NCBI GenBank assembly: GCA_964647425.1 | Contig: CAZYIJ010000003.1 | Location: forward strand, 1 to 36,463 | Reading direction: 5' to 3' | DNA length: 36,463 bases | From: an uncultured Anaerolineaceae bacterium | GTDB taxonomy: Bacteria > Chloroflexota > Anaerolineae > Anaerolineales > Anaerolineaceae | Shown here: positions 7,390 through 15,593 of the stretch, piece after piece | Layout of the letters: each line of letters begins with the position of its first letter | How positions within the stretch are numbered: position 1 is the first letter of the stretch | Program-made: the position numbers and the translations under genes | The notes under the pieces: generated by a model | What the model saw: only the letters and a program-made list of their open reading frames with translations | Databases searched by the model: none | Told to the model about the DNA's origin: nothing

Positions 7390-9003
7390 ATGATAAACAT
7401 CCTCGAATTTGACCCGGTAATCACGGTGTTTCCTTACGCGCTTTTGTATTATGCCCTGCTGCTGGTTTCCAGCGGTCTCGCTCTGCTTGCCTCTAACCGG
7501 TCAACAAGGACCAATAAAGCTGCCCTCCAAACGGTCCTGGTTATCATTTTCGTCAGCCAACTGGTCCTCTTGACGGTCAATTTACTTGCCTATCAGGGTT
7601 TTCAACCTCTCAAAGCGCTTTTTCCTCTGGCACATCGAATAATCAACTTGATTATCCTGCTTTGGCTGATCTGGGCACTCTTTCGATGCCATGAGCAAAG
7701 TTTTCCTCATTGGCTGCCAATTGCGCTTACAGTTGCTGTTTTACTAACCGGTGTCCTGTTCAGCTTGTGGTGGCTGCCAAATGCCACCTCAGAAGACTTC
7801 AATCATCACTGGATGGATAACATCCTGGTTGGTTTCAACCTTGGGCTGATCTTGTTGAGCGCAATCGTCTACTACGCCCGTTACCGCAGTTGGAAGGTAG
7901 AGACCTGGCTGATTTTGGCTATTGCCGCAGCTGGTTTTATCCTCTACCTGTTATTACCCTCGCCTGAAAACATGCCAGCCGTAGTTATGCTGAGCCAGAT
8001 TCTCTATTATCCTCTTTTAATTAGTCTTTCCTCCCATCGGGACCGATCTGACGCTGACCTCACCGAGCCAAAAACGGAAGAAGATGGTCAATTGAGAGCG
8101 AACATAGCCGATGCTTTCCTTAAAGTCAGCCTGCAGTCTGACAAGAACCATTTGGTACAAGCTCTTAGTCACAGCCTGAGTCTTTATCTGACAGCCGATT
8201 TGCTGGGTTTGGTTCACTACGAACCTGGAGGCAGCCAGGCTACTCTTGAAAACACCTATGACCTGATCAGAGAAGACCACATCCAGGAAATAAGCCTGTC
8301 CACCAACCAGATGCCTGTCCTGTTCGGGAAGTTCGATCAAGGCGAAATTGTTATTTCCAATCAGGAATCAGAGCTCAAGGCAGAAAAGAGCTATCTGATG
8401 GAAGCCAGCGGCTATAACCAGATTGGCAACCTGCTGCTTTACCCTCTCAGTAAGCCACCAGATCAACCCAGGTGGGCGTTTTTGGGTTTATCTCCTTATA
8501 CCAATAAAGTATGGGGACTAAAAGATATTGCACGTCTGGACCGTTTGCGAGATAACCTCAGCAGAGTGCTCGAAAAAGCAGGTCGACTCGAACAGGATGC
8601 CCGTCAAATTGGTGCCTTACAAATCGAATTGCGTCAAAAAGAGGAAGAAGTAAACCATCTAATAACCAGTTTCGATGAAAGTCAGTCACAACTGCAAAGT
8701 TTAAGAAACGAAATTTTGCAAACTCAAGCTGCCTGGACTGAAGAAGTAAACTTGTGGATCAATCGTCAAAAAGAACTCGAGTCTGAACTTGAAACACTTC
8801 AACAAACGATCGAAGAAAATAAAGAAAGTGTCGCGGAAGTTGACCTTCTGAAGCAACAAAAGCTCCAACTTGAAGAAACCATTGTCAGGAACTCTGAACA
8901 AACCGCCCAACTGAAAACTGCAATCGACCAAGCCAGTCTTTTGCTGCAGAAATTGTCTGATCAAAACGAAGATTCAAGTCAGGTCGAAGAGAGCAAAGGT
9001 TAG
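7390..9003 (+). CDS. Hypothetical membrane protein: N-terminal polytopic domain (about 8 TM), central soluble domain, C-terminal coiled coil of about 130 aa
   Basis: Hydrophobic segments run through residue ~215. The C-terminus is heptad-like and Q/E/L-rich (LQIELRQKEEEVNHL...LESELETLQQTIEENKE...). It ends 6 nt before the LCP gene, so the two are probably co-transcribed. Confidence 0.7.
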   Translation: MINILEFDPVITVFPYALLYYALLLVSSGLALLASNRSTRTNKAALQTVLVIIFVSQLVLLTVNLLAYQGFQPLKALFPLAHRIINLIILLWLIWALFRCHEQSFPHWLPIALTVAVLLTGVLFSLWWLPNATSEDFNHHWMDNILVGFNLGLILLSAIVYYARYRSWKVETWLILAIAAAGFILYLLLPSPENMPAVVMLSQILYYPLLISLSSHRDRSDADLTEPKTEEDGQLRANIADAFLKVSLQSDKNHLVQALSHSLSLYLTADLLGLVHYEPGGSQATLENTYDLIREDHIQEISLSTNQMPVLFGKFDQGEIVISNQESELKAEKSYLMEASGYNQIGNLLLYPLSKPPDQPRWAFLGLSPYTNKVWGLKDIARLDRLRDNLSRVLEKAGRLEQDARQIGALQIELRQKEEEVNHLITSFDESQSQLQSLRNEILQTQAAWTEEVNLWINRQKELESELETLQQTIEENKESVAEVDLLKQQKLQLEETIVRNSEQTAQLKTAIDQASLLLQKLSDQNEDSSQVEESKG

Positions 9004-9009
9004 AAATTT

Positions 9010-10044
9010 ATGCGATTCAACAAACACCAATCTCTAACATTAACTGTTATTTTTATCCTTTGCATGTCTTTCATCGGCGTAATTCTGGGTAGTGTTGTAA
9101 TAACCGCCATGGCACACTCTGAGAGTTCGCCCTGGTATATCAGTCTCAGTGGCATGGAGCGTACCGCCACACCCTTTCAACCGAATTCTTTTGCCAATAT
9201 TCTCGAAGATGGCAGTATCGAACTTATCCCGCAGCCCATGTTCACCCCCACACCGGTGCCTGTCATCCCTGAGGGGGAGTTGCCGGAAAACCAAGTGAAC
9301 ATTTTGATGCTCGGTGCAGATGACTTCGGAGCGAATAACTTCCGCACAGATGTAATTATGCTGCTCTCGATCAATCCGAAGCATCAGACTGCCAGCCTCA
9401 TCTCTTTCCCTCGGGACCTTTACGTCACGATCCCGGGTTATTGGTCCAACAGGATCAATACTGTCTGGCAATTAGGCGGTTTCCCATTATTGCAGGAAAC
9501 TTTTCAAGTTAATTTTGGCTTCCGACCGGAATATTACATGATGGTGAACTATAACGGTTTCAAAGATGTGGTCAACAGCATCGGTGGAATTGACGTAACA
9601 GTCAGTGAAGAGCTGCAAGACAGCTGTCAGATCGACCCGAGCGGCTGGTGCGTCATTGAACCAGGCGAGTTGCATATGGATGGCGGCACCGCCCTATGGT
9701 ATTCCCGTTCTCGAATGACTACCTCCGATTTTGACCGCAATCGTCGGGCACAGGAAGTAGTGATGGCGATTTTCAAAAAGGCCGTCAATCTCAATATGCT
9801 CGTCAAGGTGCCCGAATTGTATGGCTTGTACCGCGAGTATGTAGACACCGACATTCCTCTCACACAGGTTTTATCACTTCTGCCAATGGCTAAACCACTG
9901 ATGAATACTGAGAATATCCGACGGTTTTCAGTCAGCAATGAAATGGTGACTAACTGGATCACGTATGAAGGTGCCTGGGTCTTGATGCCAAATTATTACG
10001 CGATTTCGGATATGCTCAACGAAGCCCTTTATCGCAACGAGTAA
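9010..10044 (+). CDS. LCP (LytR-CpsA-Psr) family cell-wall glycopolymer phosphotransferase, paralogue 1
   Basis: N-terminal TM anchor, then LCP core motifs NILMLGADD...RTDVIMLLSINP...ASLISFPRDLYVTIPG...RINT...GGIDV...SDFDRNRRAQEV. Confidence 0.88.
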   Translation: MRFNKHQSLTLTVIFILCMSFIGVILGSVVITAMAHSESSPWYISLSGMERTATPFQPNSFANILEDGSIELIPQPMFTPTPVPVIPEGELPENQVNILMLGADDFGANNFRTDVIMLLSINPKHQTASLISFPRDLYVTIPGYWSNRINTVWQLGGFPLLQETFQVNFGFRPEYYMMVNYNGFKDVVNSIGGIDVTVSEELQDSCQIDPSGWCVIEPGELHMDGGTALWYSRSRMTTSDFDRNRRAQEVVMAIFKKAVNLNMLVKVPELYGLYREYVDTDIPLTQVLSLLPMAKPLMNTENIRRFSVSNEMVTNWITYEGAWVLMPNYYAISDMLNEALYRNE

Positions 10045-10131
10045 CACTCATTTTCCACAACCCCCCAGCCATTTGCGGATATGGCTGGAGGGAGTAATGC
10101 AATTACATTTTGCCATTACAACATCATATTG

Positions 10132-10166
10132 AACACAAAAACGGAAGGACTATAGTCCTTCCGTTT
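10132..10166 (-). terminator. Rho-independent terminator of the peptide ABC operon
   Basis: The minus strand reads AAACGGAAGGAC-tata-GTCCTTCCGTTT followed by TTGTGTT (12-bp stem, U-rich tail). It begins 28 nt after the stop of the last permease gene. Confidence 0.75.
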
Positions 10167-10193
10167 GAATATCTTAATTCACAATGTAACTAG

Positions 10194-11240
10194 CTACGAC
10201 TTACCCCTCATACGTGGGTCAAGCACGTCACGCATCGCATCACCAACAAGGTTCCAGCCCATGACAAACAACGTCAATGTGAGACCTGGGTACACCACGA
10301 TGTAACTATATCGATCCAGGTTGGTAATCCAGTTTCTTGCAAAGCTCAGGATCTGTCCCCAGTCGGCGTAACCTACCTCGGTGCCAATGCCCAGGAAAGA
10401 CAGCGCGGCAAAACCCAACACAACATCACCAATGCCAAGACTTGCCAGAACCAGTGTCGGGAAGATGGCATTCGGCAGGATGTGTTTGAACAAAATGCGG
10501 TTTTTCTTCACACCCGAGACTTGGGCTGCCAGCACAAAGTCGCGTTCTTTGATAGACAGGATATCAGCGCGAATGACACGGGCGTAACCCATCCACCCAA
10601 AAGATATCATCGCGATGAGCGGTGGCCACAAACTACGCCCGAGAACAGGTGTCAGAACGGCCGAGAAAATTAGCGCCATCATGATGTACGGAAGTGTCAT
10701 AAAGATATCCGTAATCCTCATGATGACATTGTCCACCCAGCCACCATAATATGCGGCAACCGAGCCCAACACCACTCCAATAATGACCGTCACAGCAACA
10801 ACCAACAAACCGGTTTTAAAAGCGGTGCGGGTACCCCACACAATACCATACAGAATATCATATTGACCTTGGGTAGTGCCGAAAACATGTGTCATTTCAG
10901 TCTTCCCGGTCAATGGCTCATACCAAAATGGCAATTCAGGAACTTTCTTATTCCACTCAGCTCCAGGAGCCTTGGGCTCACCGCTGTAACCATCGCGTGG
11001 CATTTTGAAGGGGTCTTTATCAACAGCAGGCATGATGACAGGAGCAAAAATTGCCATCAAAATAAAAAACAGGATCAAAATAAAACCAATAATAGATGCT
11101 GGCGTTTTAACTAAGCCTTTGACAATTCGATAGTTGTCGGTTCCCAGCACTCTTTCCAGCCAGGTGATCTTTCGGTCACTATGCACCTCATCAAGCATGC
11201 GGTTATCACCAGTTGGAATCAATTCAGGTTGTTCAGTCAT
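10194..11240 (-). CDS. Peptide/nickel ABC transporter permease (OppC/DppC type)
   Basis: Six-TM BPD_transp_1 layout with EAA-loop region AAQVSGVKKNRILFKHILPNAIFPTLV. The N-terminal extension is typical of OppC-type subunits. Confidence 0.9.
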   Translation of the reverse strand: MTEQPELIPTGDNRMLDEVHSDRKITWLERVLGTDNYRIVKGLVKTPASIIGFILILFFILMAIFAPVIMPAVDKDPFKMPRDGYSGEPKAPGAEWNKKVPELPFWYEPLTGKTEMTHVFGTTQGQYDILYGIVWGTRTAFKTGLLVVAVTVIIGVVLGSVAAYYGGWVDNVIMRITDIFMTLPYIMMALIFSAVLTPVLGRSLWPPLIAMISFGWMGYARVIRADILSIKERDFVLAAQVSGVKKNRILFKHILPNAIFPTLVLASLGIGDVVLGFAALSFLGIGTEVGYADWGQILSFARNWITNLDRYSYIVVYPGLTLTLFVMGWNLVGDAMRDVLDPRMRGKS

Positions 11241-11249
11241 CTGGACTCC

Positions 11250-12314
11250 TTATGCAAGACGGACTCTGGGGTCAATAAATGCATAGACAACGTCTATGAC
11301 CAGGTTTGAGACGATCAGGATCGAACCACTGAAAATTGCCAGACCAAGCACCGTGACAACATCCAATTGGGCTGCCGCGTCAGCGGCTGCTTTACCGATT
11401 CCAGGGTAATTGAAAACCGTTTCGGTGATCACGACACCGCCCAGCAAACCAACAATGCTGGAGCCTGCCATGGTCACGATCGGAAGCATTGCATTTGGTC
11501 GGGCGTGTTGATTGATAACGGTTCTCTCACTCAAACCTTTGGCTCGCGCGGTGGTTACATAGTCCATACGCAGTGTCTCTAACATAGAGGAACGTGTCAC
11601 ACGTACGTAAGTTGCCCAGTTGATGTAAGACAAAGTGAGGATGGGCATAATCATATGCCTCATGGCATCCCAGAATATATCAAACCGCAGATTGAGCAAG
11701 GCATCGATAGAAAGTAAATGCGTATATTCTTTGATTTCACCCGCAAATACGAGTCGACTCACCCAATCCGACATTTTGCCAGGAAAAAAGAGTTGCGGAC
11801 CAGCGTACAGAAGCATCAGCAGTAGCAAACCAAACACAAAGGTTGGAAAAGAGGTGCCAATGATACTGTAAACCCTGGCAGCCTGGTCTATAAATTTATT
11901 TTGGTTCACCGCAGCCTTTACACCCAGCCAGATACCTACTGACAGCATTGGAAAAATGGTCCACAGAGCCAGATCAACCGTGTTTGGAAAACGGTTTTTT
12001 ACGATATCAATTACATCCTGCGAAGCGGTACGAGAGTAACCGAAATCGCCAAACAGGATGCCGCCTTCACGTTCTCCAGTGACAGGGTCTTTCACGCCGA
12101 AGAGCCAAATACCATACTGCGTCAGGAAGGGTTTATCCAAACCGTATCTTGTGATAATGCCTTGGATTTGCTTGTCATTCTTGGGAAAATCCCTAACGTA
12201 TAGCGCAGACCTTTCGACTGGACCAAGCAATTGCAGCATGCCAAAGATGATCAGCGTAACTCCAATCAATAACAATGGCACCATCAGCAAACGACGAATG
12301 ATGTAATTGGTCAT
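11250..12314 (-). CDS. Peptide/nickel ABC transporter permease (OppB/DppB type)
   Basis: MTNYIIRRLLMVPLLLIGVTLIIF start typical of OppB/DppB. EAA loop DYVTTARAKGLSERTVINQHARPNAMLPIVT. Confidence 0.9.
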   Translation of the reverse strand: MTNYIIRRLLMVPLLLIGVTLIIFGMLQLLGPVERSALYVRDFPKNDKQIQGIITRYGLDKPFLTQYGIWLFGVKDPVTGEREGGILFGDFGYSRTASQDVIDIVKNRFPNTVDLALWTIFPMLSVGIWLGVKAAVNQNKFIDQAARVYSIIGTSFPTFVFGLLLLMLLYAGPQLFFPGKMSDWVSRLVFAGEIKEYTHLLSIDALLNLRFDIFWDAMRHMIMPILTLSYINWATYVRVTRSSMLETLRMDYVTTARAKGLSERTVINQHARPNAMLPIVTMAGSSIVGLLGGVVITETVFNYPGIGKAAADAAAQLDVVTVLGLAIFSGSILIVSNLVIDVVYAFIDPRVRLA

Positions 12315-12396
12315 AAAGTTTCCTCACAGTTCATTTTGCCTTCGGAACAGGCAGAAATAATTTTCAGCTCATTCCGAAGAAAAAATGACTTCGGAT

Positions 12397-12424
12397 CTGC
12401 GGGAGCTCCGGAGAGCTCCCGCAG
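12397..12424 (-). promoter_or_regulatory. Intercistronic GC-rich stem-loop between the SBP gene and the permease genes
   Basis: CTGCGGGAGCTC-cgga-GAGCTCCCGCAG, a perfect 12-bp stem. No immediate U-run on the coding (minus) strand. A second 7-bp hairpin (TCCGAAG...CTTCGGA) lies at about 12373-12395. Confidence 0.5.
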
Positions 12425-12443
12425 TACGGGTCTAAGTTACAAA

Positions 12444-14510
12444 TTATTCGACAAAGAAGTTGAAGATCAACACATCTTGTTGTAAAGCAGGGCGTCCGTA
12501 ATACAGACGCAGTGGTTGACCATTGCCTTCTTCGCAGCCTTCCGTGCTGAAGCGATCTAAGCCGAGCAAGGAAGTATCAACAGCGCAGACAGGGATTGGA
12601 TCGTCATAGGCATTGGTGTCGGGGTTGTAAATTGCAATCTCACCGACCAATTGATCCACCTGGGGTCGCATAGCGGTATCGACATCGATGTAGTCAGCCT
12701 CACCAGCCTGGAGCATCGCGAAGCGTGTTCCAAATTCAGGTACGATCTTAATCGCGACACGTTCGGTCTTGGCGGGTTCGCCCCAATAACCATCGAAGGC
12801 GGTCAAAACAATTTCCTCACCAGGAGTCCAGTGATCCAACTTGTAGGCGCCGGTACCATTCATGATCTTGCTGAAGGGATTGTCAGCGGAGACCATACCG
12901 TAGGTATTCTGCCAGGTATCGCATTCACCATTCCAACCACCGTTTTCAACAACCCATTCCTTGTCCATGATGGAACCCCAACCCTGGGCAATAGTAGCCA
13001 ACCAGGGACCCCAGCCTTGTGCAAGGGTAATGGTTACAGTGTTAGCTTCATCATCAGTTGCGAAGTGGGAGTAAACTGTCTCGCATGCTCCAACAAGTGT
13101 TTCAGGAGGATTAGCGACGAGAGTTTCACGGCTGTCAGCGGAAGCAAAGTCATCAACAATACCAGTGATATCATCGATGCCAACGCCGAGGATAGGCTCA
13201 GCCAGCAGCCACTGGGGTGAAGAATAACCACCCTGCAGCAGACCGCGGACAAAGGAGTAAACCACATCTGATGGGGTCAGATCGCCACCTTCGTGGAATT
13301 TGACACCATCGCGAAGTTGGAAGGTCCATTCAGTACCGTCTTCGGAAACTTCCCAGGATTCGGCTAATTGACCAACAAATTTGTCTGTCGCAATGCCATC
13401 GTAGTATACGAGAGTCTCGTAAACGTTCTGGATGATTTCACCACTGGCAGTATCGTAGCTCAAAGCCGGATCCAGGGTATCTGCATCACCGATGCTGGCA
13501 TTCACGATTGTCGTGGGGTCAGCGCCGCCGTCTTTGGATATGGTCTTGTAATATTCACCTGAGAAAATCGGGTTTGTAACGCGACCAGATAACCAGGATT
13601 GTTCGTAACCGTGGGTGGTAACAAGCACCACTGGGATACCAACAGCTTCATCGAAGTAAAGTTTATTGAACTCCTGATAGACGGCATGACGTTCTTCAGG
13701 ATCCACCAGGGTTACACCTTCGTCCAGTAAGGCTTTGAATTGGCTTCTCAGATCTTCTGGGAGGTTCTGGCGAGCACCATAGGTGCCGGTGGTGTAGGGT
13801 TGATACCAGTTGTGGGCATCATGAATATCTTCCAGCCAGCCAGCAACCATGATGGGGAGTTTATGGGCTCGTTGAGCTGCCAGGTAGGCAGGCCAGGGCA
13901 GACCGAGAACTTCAATGACAAATTTCTCATTAATCTCGGCCAGGTTGTTTTGCAGGATTTCTGCATAGGTCTGGCGGGTGGCATTACCAGTGTTGTAACC
14001 CATCTGCAATCTGAAACCCATTTCCCAGATGTCATCAGGATCTTCACCAGCAGGAATACCATCTTTGTCGACATCAGCCAGTTTGAATTCTTCAGCTGCC
14101 TTTTCCAGGTCCAAAGTGAAATACTCAGCGTCCATGTCATAACCGGGCATACCGATCAGGGACAGAACCTTGGACTGAATAGCTTCGCCCTGATAGATTT
14201 CATCAATGACAGCATCCCAGTCAAACGCGTATGCAAAACCGCGGCGAACGTGAACGTCATCGAAAATTGTGGGGGGAGCGCCGTTGCCGTCGAGCATATT
14301 GGAACCCAGATATTGACTTTGAGAAACAGGTTCCTCTACTACGGGTTCTTCAACAACAGGTTCTTCCACTACAGGTTCTTCTACCTCGGGCTCCTCTGCT
14401 ACTGGCTCTACCACAGGGGGTTCTTCAACAACAGGGACTGCAGTTTGGCATGCTGACAAAAGCATGCCCAGAACTAACACTAAAGCAAGTAAAACTGAAA
14501 ACTTACGCAT
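12444..14510 (-). CDS. Family-5 (Opp/Dpp/Nik-type) ABC substrate-binding lipoprotein, circularly permuted relative to the canonical family order
   Basis: Signal peptide plus lipobox MRKFSVLLALVLVLGMLLSAC, then an (EEPVV)n linker. Family motifs are all present but in rotated order (see finding). AAGGAGGAG SD upstream. Confidence 0.9.
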   Translation of the reverse strand: MRKFSVLLALVLVLGMLLSACQTAVPVVEEPPVVEPVAEEPEVEEPVVEEPVVEEPVVEEPVSQSQYLGSNMLDGNGAPPTIFDDVHVRRGFAYAFDWDAVIDEIYQGEAIQSKVLSLIGMPGYDMDAEYFTLDLEKAAEEFKLADVDKDGIPAGEDPDDIWEMGFRLQMGYNTGNATRQTYAEILQNNLAEINEKFVIEVLGLPWPAYLAAQRAHKLPIMVAGWLEDIHDAHNWYQPYTTGTYGARQNLPEDLRSQFKALLDEGVTLVDPEERHAVYQEFNKLYFDEAVGIPVVLVTTHGYEQSWLSGRVTNPIFSGEYYKTISKDGGADPTTIVNASIGDADTLDPALSYDTASGEIIQNVYETLVYYDGIATDKFVGQLAESWEVSEDGTEWTFQLRDGVKFHEGGDLTPSDVVYSFVRGLLQGGYSSPQWLLAEPILGVGIDDITGIVDDFASADSRETLVANPPETLVGACETVYSHFATDDEANTVTITLAQGWGPWLATIAQGWGSIMDKEWVVENGGWNGECDTWQNTYGMVSADNPFSKIMNGTGAYKLDHWTPGEEIVLTAFDGYWGEPAKTERVAIKIVPEFGTRFAMLQAGEADYIDVDTAMRPQVDQLVGEIAIYNPDTNAYDDPIPVCAVDTSLLGLDRFSTEGCEEGNGQPLRLYYGRPALQQDVLIFNFFVE
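14328..14432 (-). repeat. Seven imperfect 15-nt tandem units encoding the (P)VVEEP linker of the peptide SBP
   Basis: Units read on the + strand: aggttcctctactac / gggttcttcaacaac / aggttcttccactac / aggttcttctacctc / gggctcctctgctac / tggctctaccacagg / gggttcttcaacaac. Confidence 0.85.
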
Positions 14511-14564
14511 TTTTCTCCTCCTTGAGAGAACTTTTTTTTGGTTAAACTTGGTTTTGTCAATCTT

Positions 14565-15593
14565 TTATATTGAATTTTCCTCAGTTAGCACCTCCTTTGA
14601 ATGAGTGGGCAACTCAGCCTTAAAGCATTCAACAAAATGTCCGGGTAAGATCTCACGAAATTCAGGTCTACCCCGTTCACATTCCTGATCTGCTAGTGGG
14701 CAGCGTGTTCTGAAACGACAACCAGAAGGCGGATTAGCCGGTGATGGCACATCCCCTTCCATAACGATACGGGTATGTTTGCGATAATGCTCAGGGTCCG
14801 GTACTGGAATAGAAGAGAGCAGGGCTTTCGTATAGGGGTGCAGTGGATTATTGTAAATCTCATTGCGATCCGCCAATTCAACGATGATGCCCAAATACAT
14901 GACCGCAACGCGGTCGCTAATATGACGAACCATGGAAAGGTCATGGGCAATAAATAAGTATGTCAGGTTGAGTTCTTTTTGCAGATCTTCAAACAAGTTC
15001 ACGATTTGTGCCTGGATCGAAACATCCAGCGCAGAAATTGGTTCATCGCAGACGATAAATGCAGGGTTCAAGGCCAAAGCGCGTGCGATACCAATCCGCT
15101 GGCGCTGTCCACCAGAGAATTCGTGTGGAAAACGATGGATAAAGTCCGGGTCCAATTTGACCAGGTTCATCAATTCCTTGACACGGTTATCAATTTCTTT
15201 GCCGGTTGCCAATCCAAAAGCCACAAGGGGCTCGGCAACAATATCACGAACAGTCATACGCGGATTCAGGCTTGCGTAAGGGTCCTGGAAAATCATCTGG
15301 ATTTCCTGGCGCATTAAGCGCATCGGTTCTTCTTTGAGACTAACAAGATCAGTGTCTTTAAAATAGATGTGACCGGCTGTAGGTTTGTAAAGTTGTACGA
15401 TAGCGCGTCCGGTCGTCGTTTTGCCACAACCAGATTCACCGACAAGTCCGAGGGTTTCGCCCTGTTGGATCGCGAAAGAAACTCCATCCACCGCTTTGAC
15501 AGAACCGACCTGCCGGCGAATAACGCCACGATAGATCGGGAAGTGTACTTTTAGGTCTTTTACTGTGATCAAAGATTCGTCATTATTCTGCAT
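14565..15593 (-). CDS. Peptide ABC transporter ATP-binding protein (OppF/DppF type)
   Basis: Walker [10 protein letters not shown], signature FSGGQRQR, Walker [13 protein letters not shown], and a C-terminal oligopeptide-transporter Cys motif [15 protein letters not shown] use the ATG at 15593 (MQNNDES..., GGGAG 9 nt upstream) rather than the track start at 15608. It overlaps the upstream ATPase gene by 11 nt. Confidence 0.9.
   Translation of the reverse strand: MQNNDESLITVKDLKVHFPIYRGVIRRQVGSVKAVDGVSFAIQQGETLGLVGESGCGKTTTGRAIVQLYKPTAGHIYFKDTDLVSLKEEPMRLMRQEIQMIFQDPYASLNPRMTVRDIVAEPLVAFGLATGKEIDNRVKELMNLVKLDPDFIHRFPHEFSGGQRQRIGIARALALNPAFIVCDEPISALDVSIQAQIVNLFEDLQKELNLTYLFIAHDLSMVRHISDRVAVMYLGIIVELADRNEIYNNPLHPYTKALLSSIPVPDPEHYRKHTRIVMEGDVPSPANPPSGCRFRTRCPLADQECERGRPEFREILPGHFVECFKAELPTHSKEVLTEENSI

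Noticed and set aside
10065-10088. Hairpin CCAGCCAT-ttgcggat-ATGGCTGG after LCP paralogue 1, as a terminator
   Set aside because: The stem is only 8 bp and is not followed by a T-run on the + strand. It may stabilise the mRNA, but I cannot call it a Rho-independent terminator.
12651-14456. Long + strand ORFs (189 aa at 12651-13220; 238 aa at 13740-14456) antisense to the SBP gene. Similar antisense ORFs occur at 129-416, 2988-3467, 19026-19556, 22970-23518 and 24475-25035.
   Set aside because: All lie opposite genes with strong motif support. They lack SD sequences and give low-complexity translations, so they are shadow ORFs.
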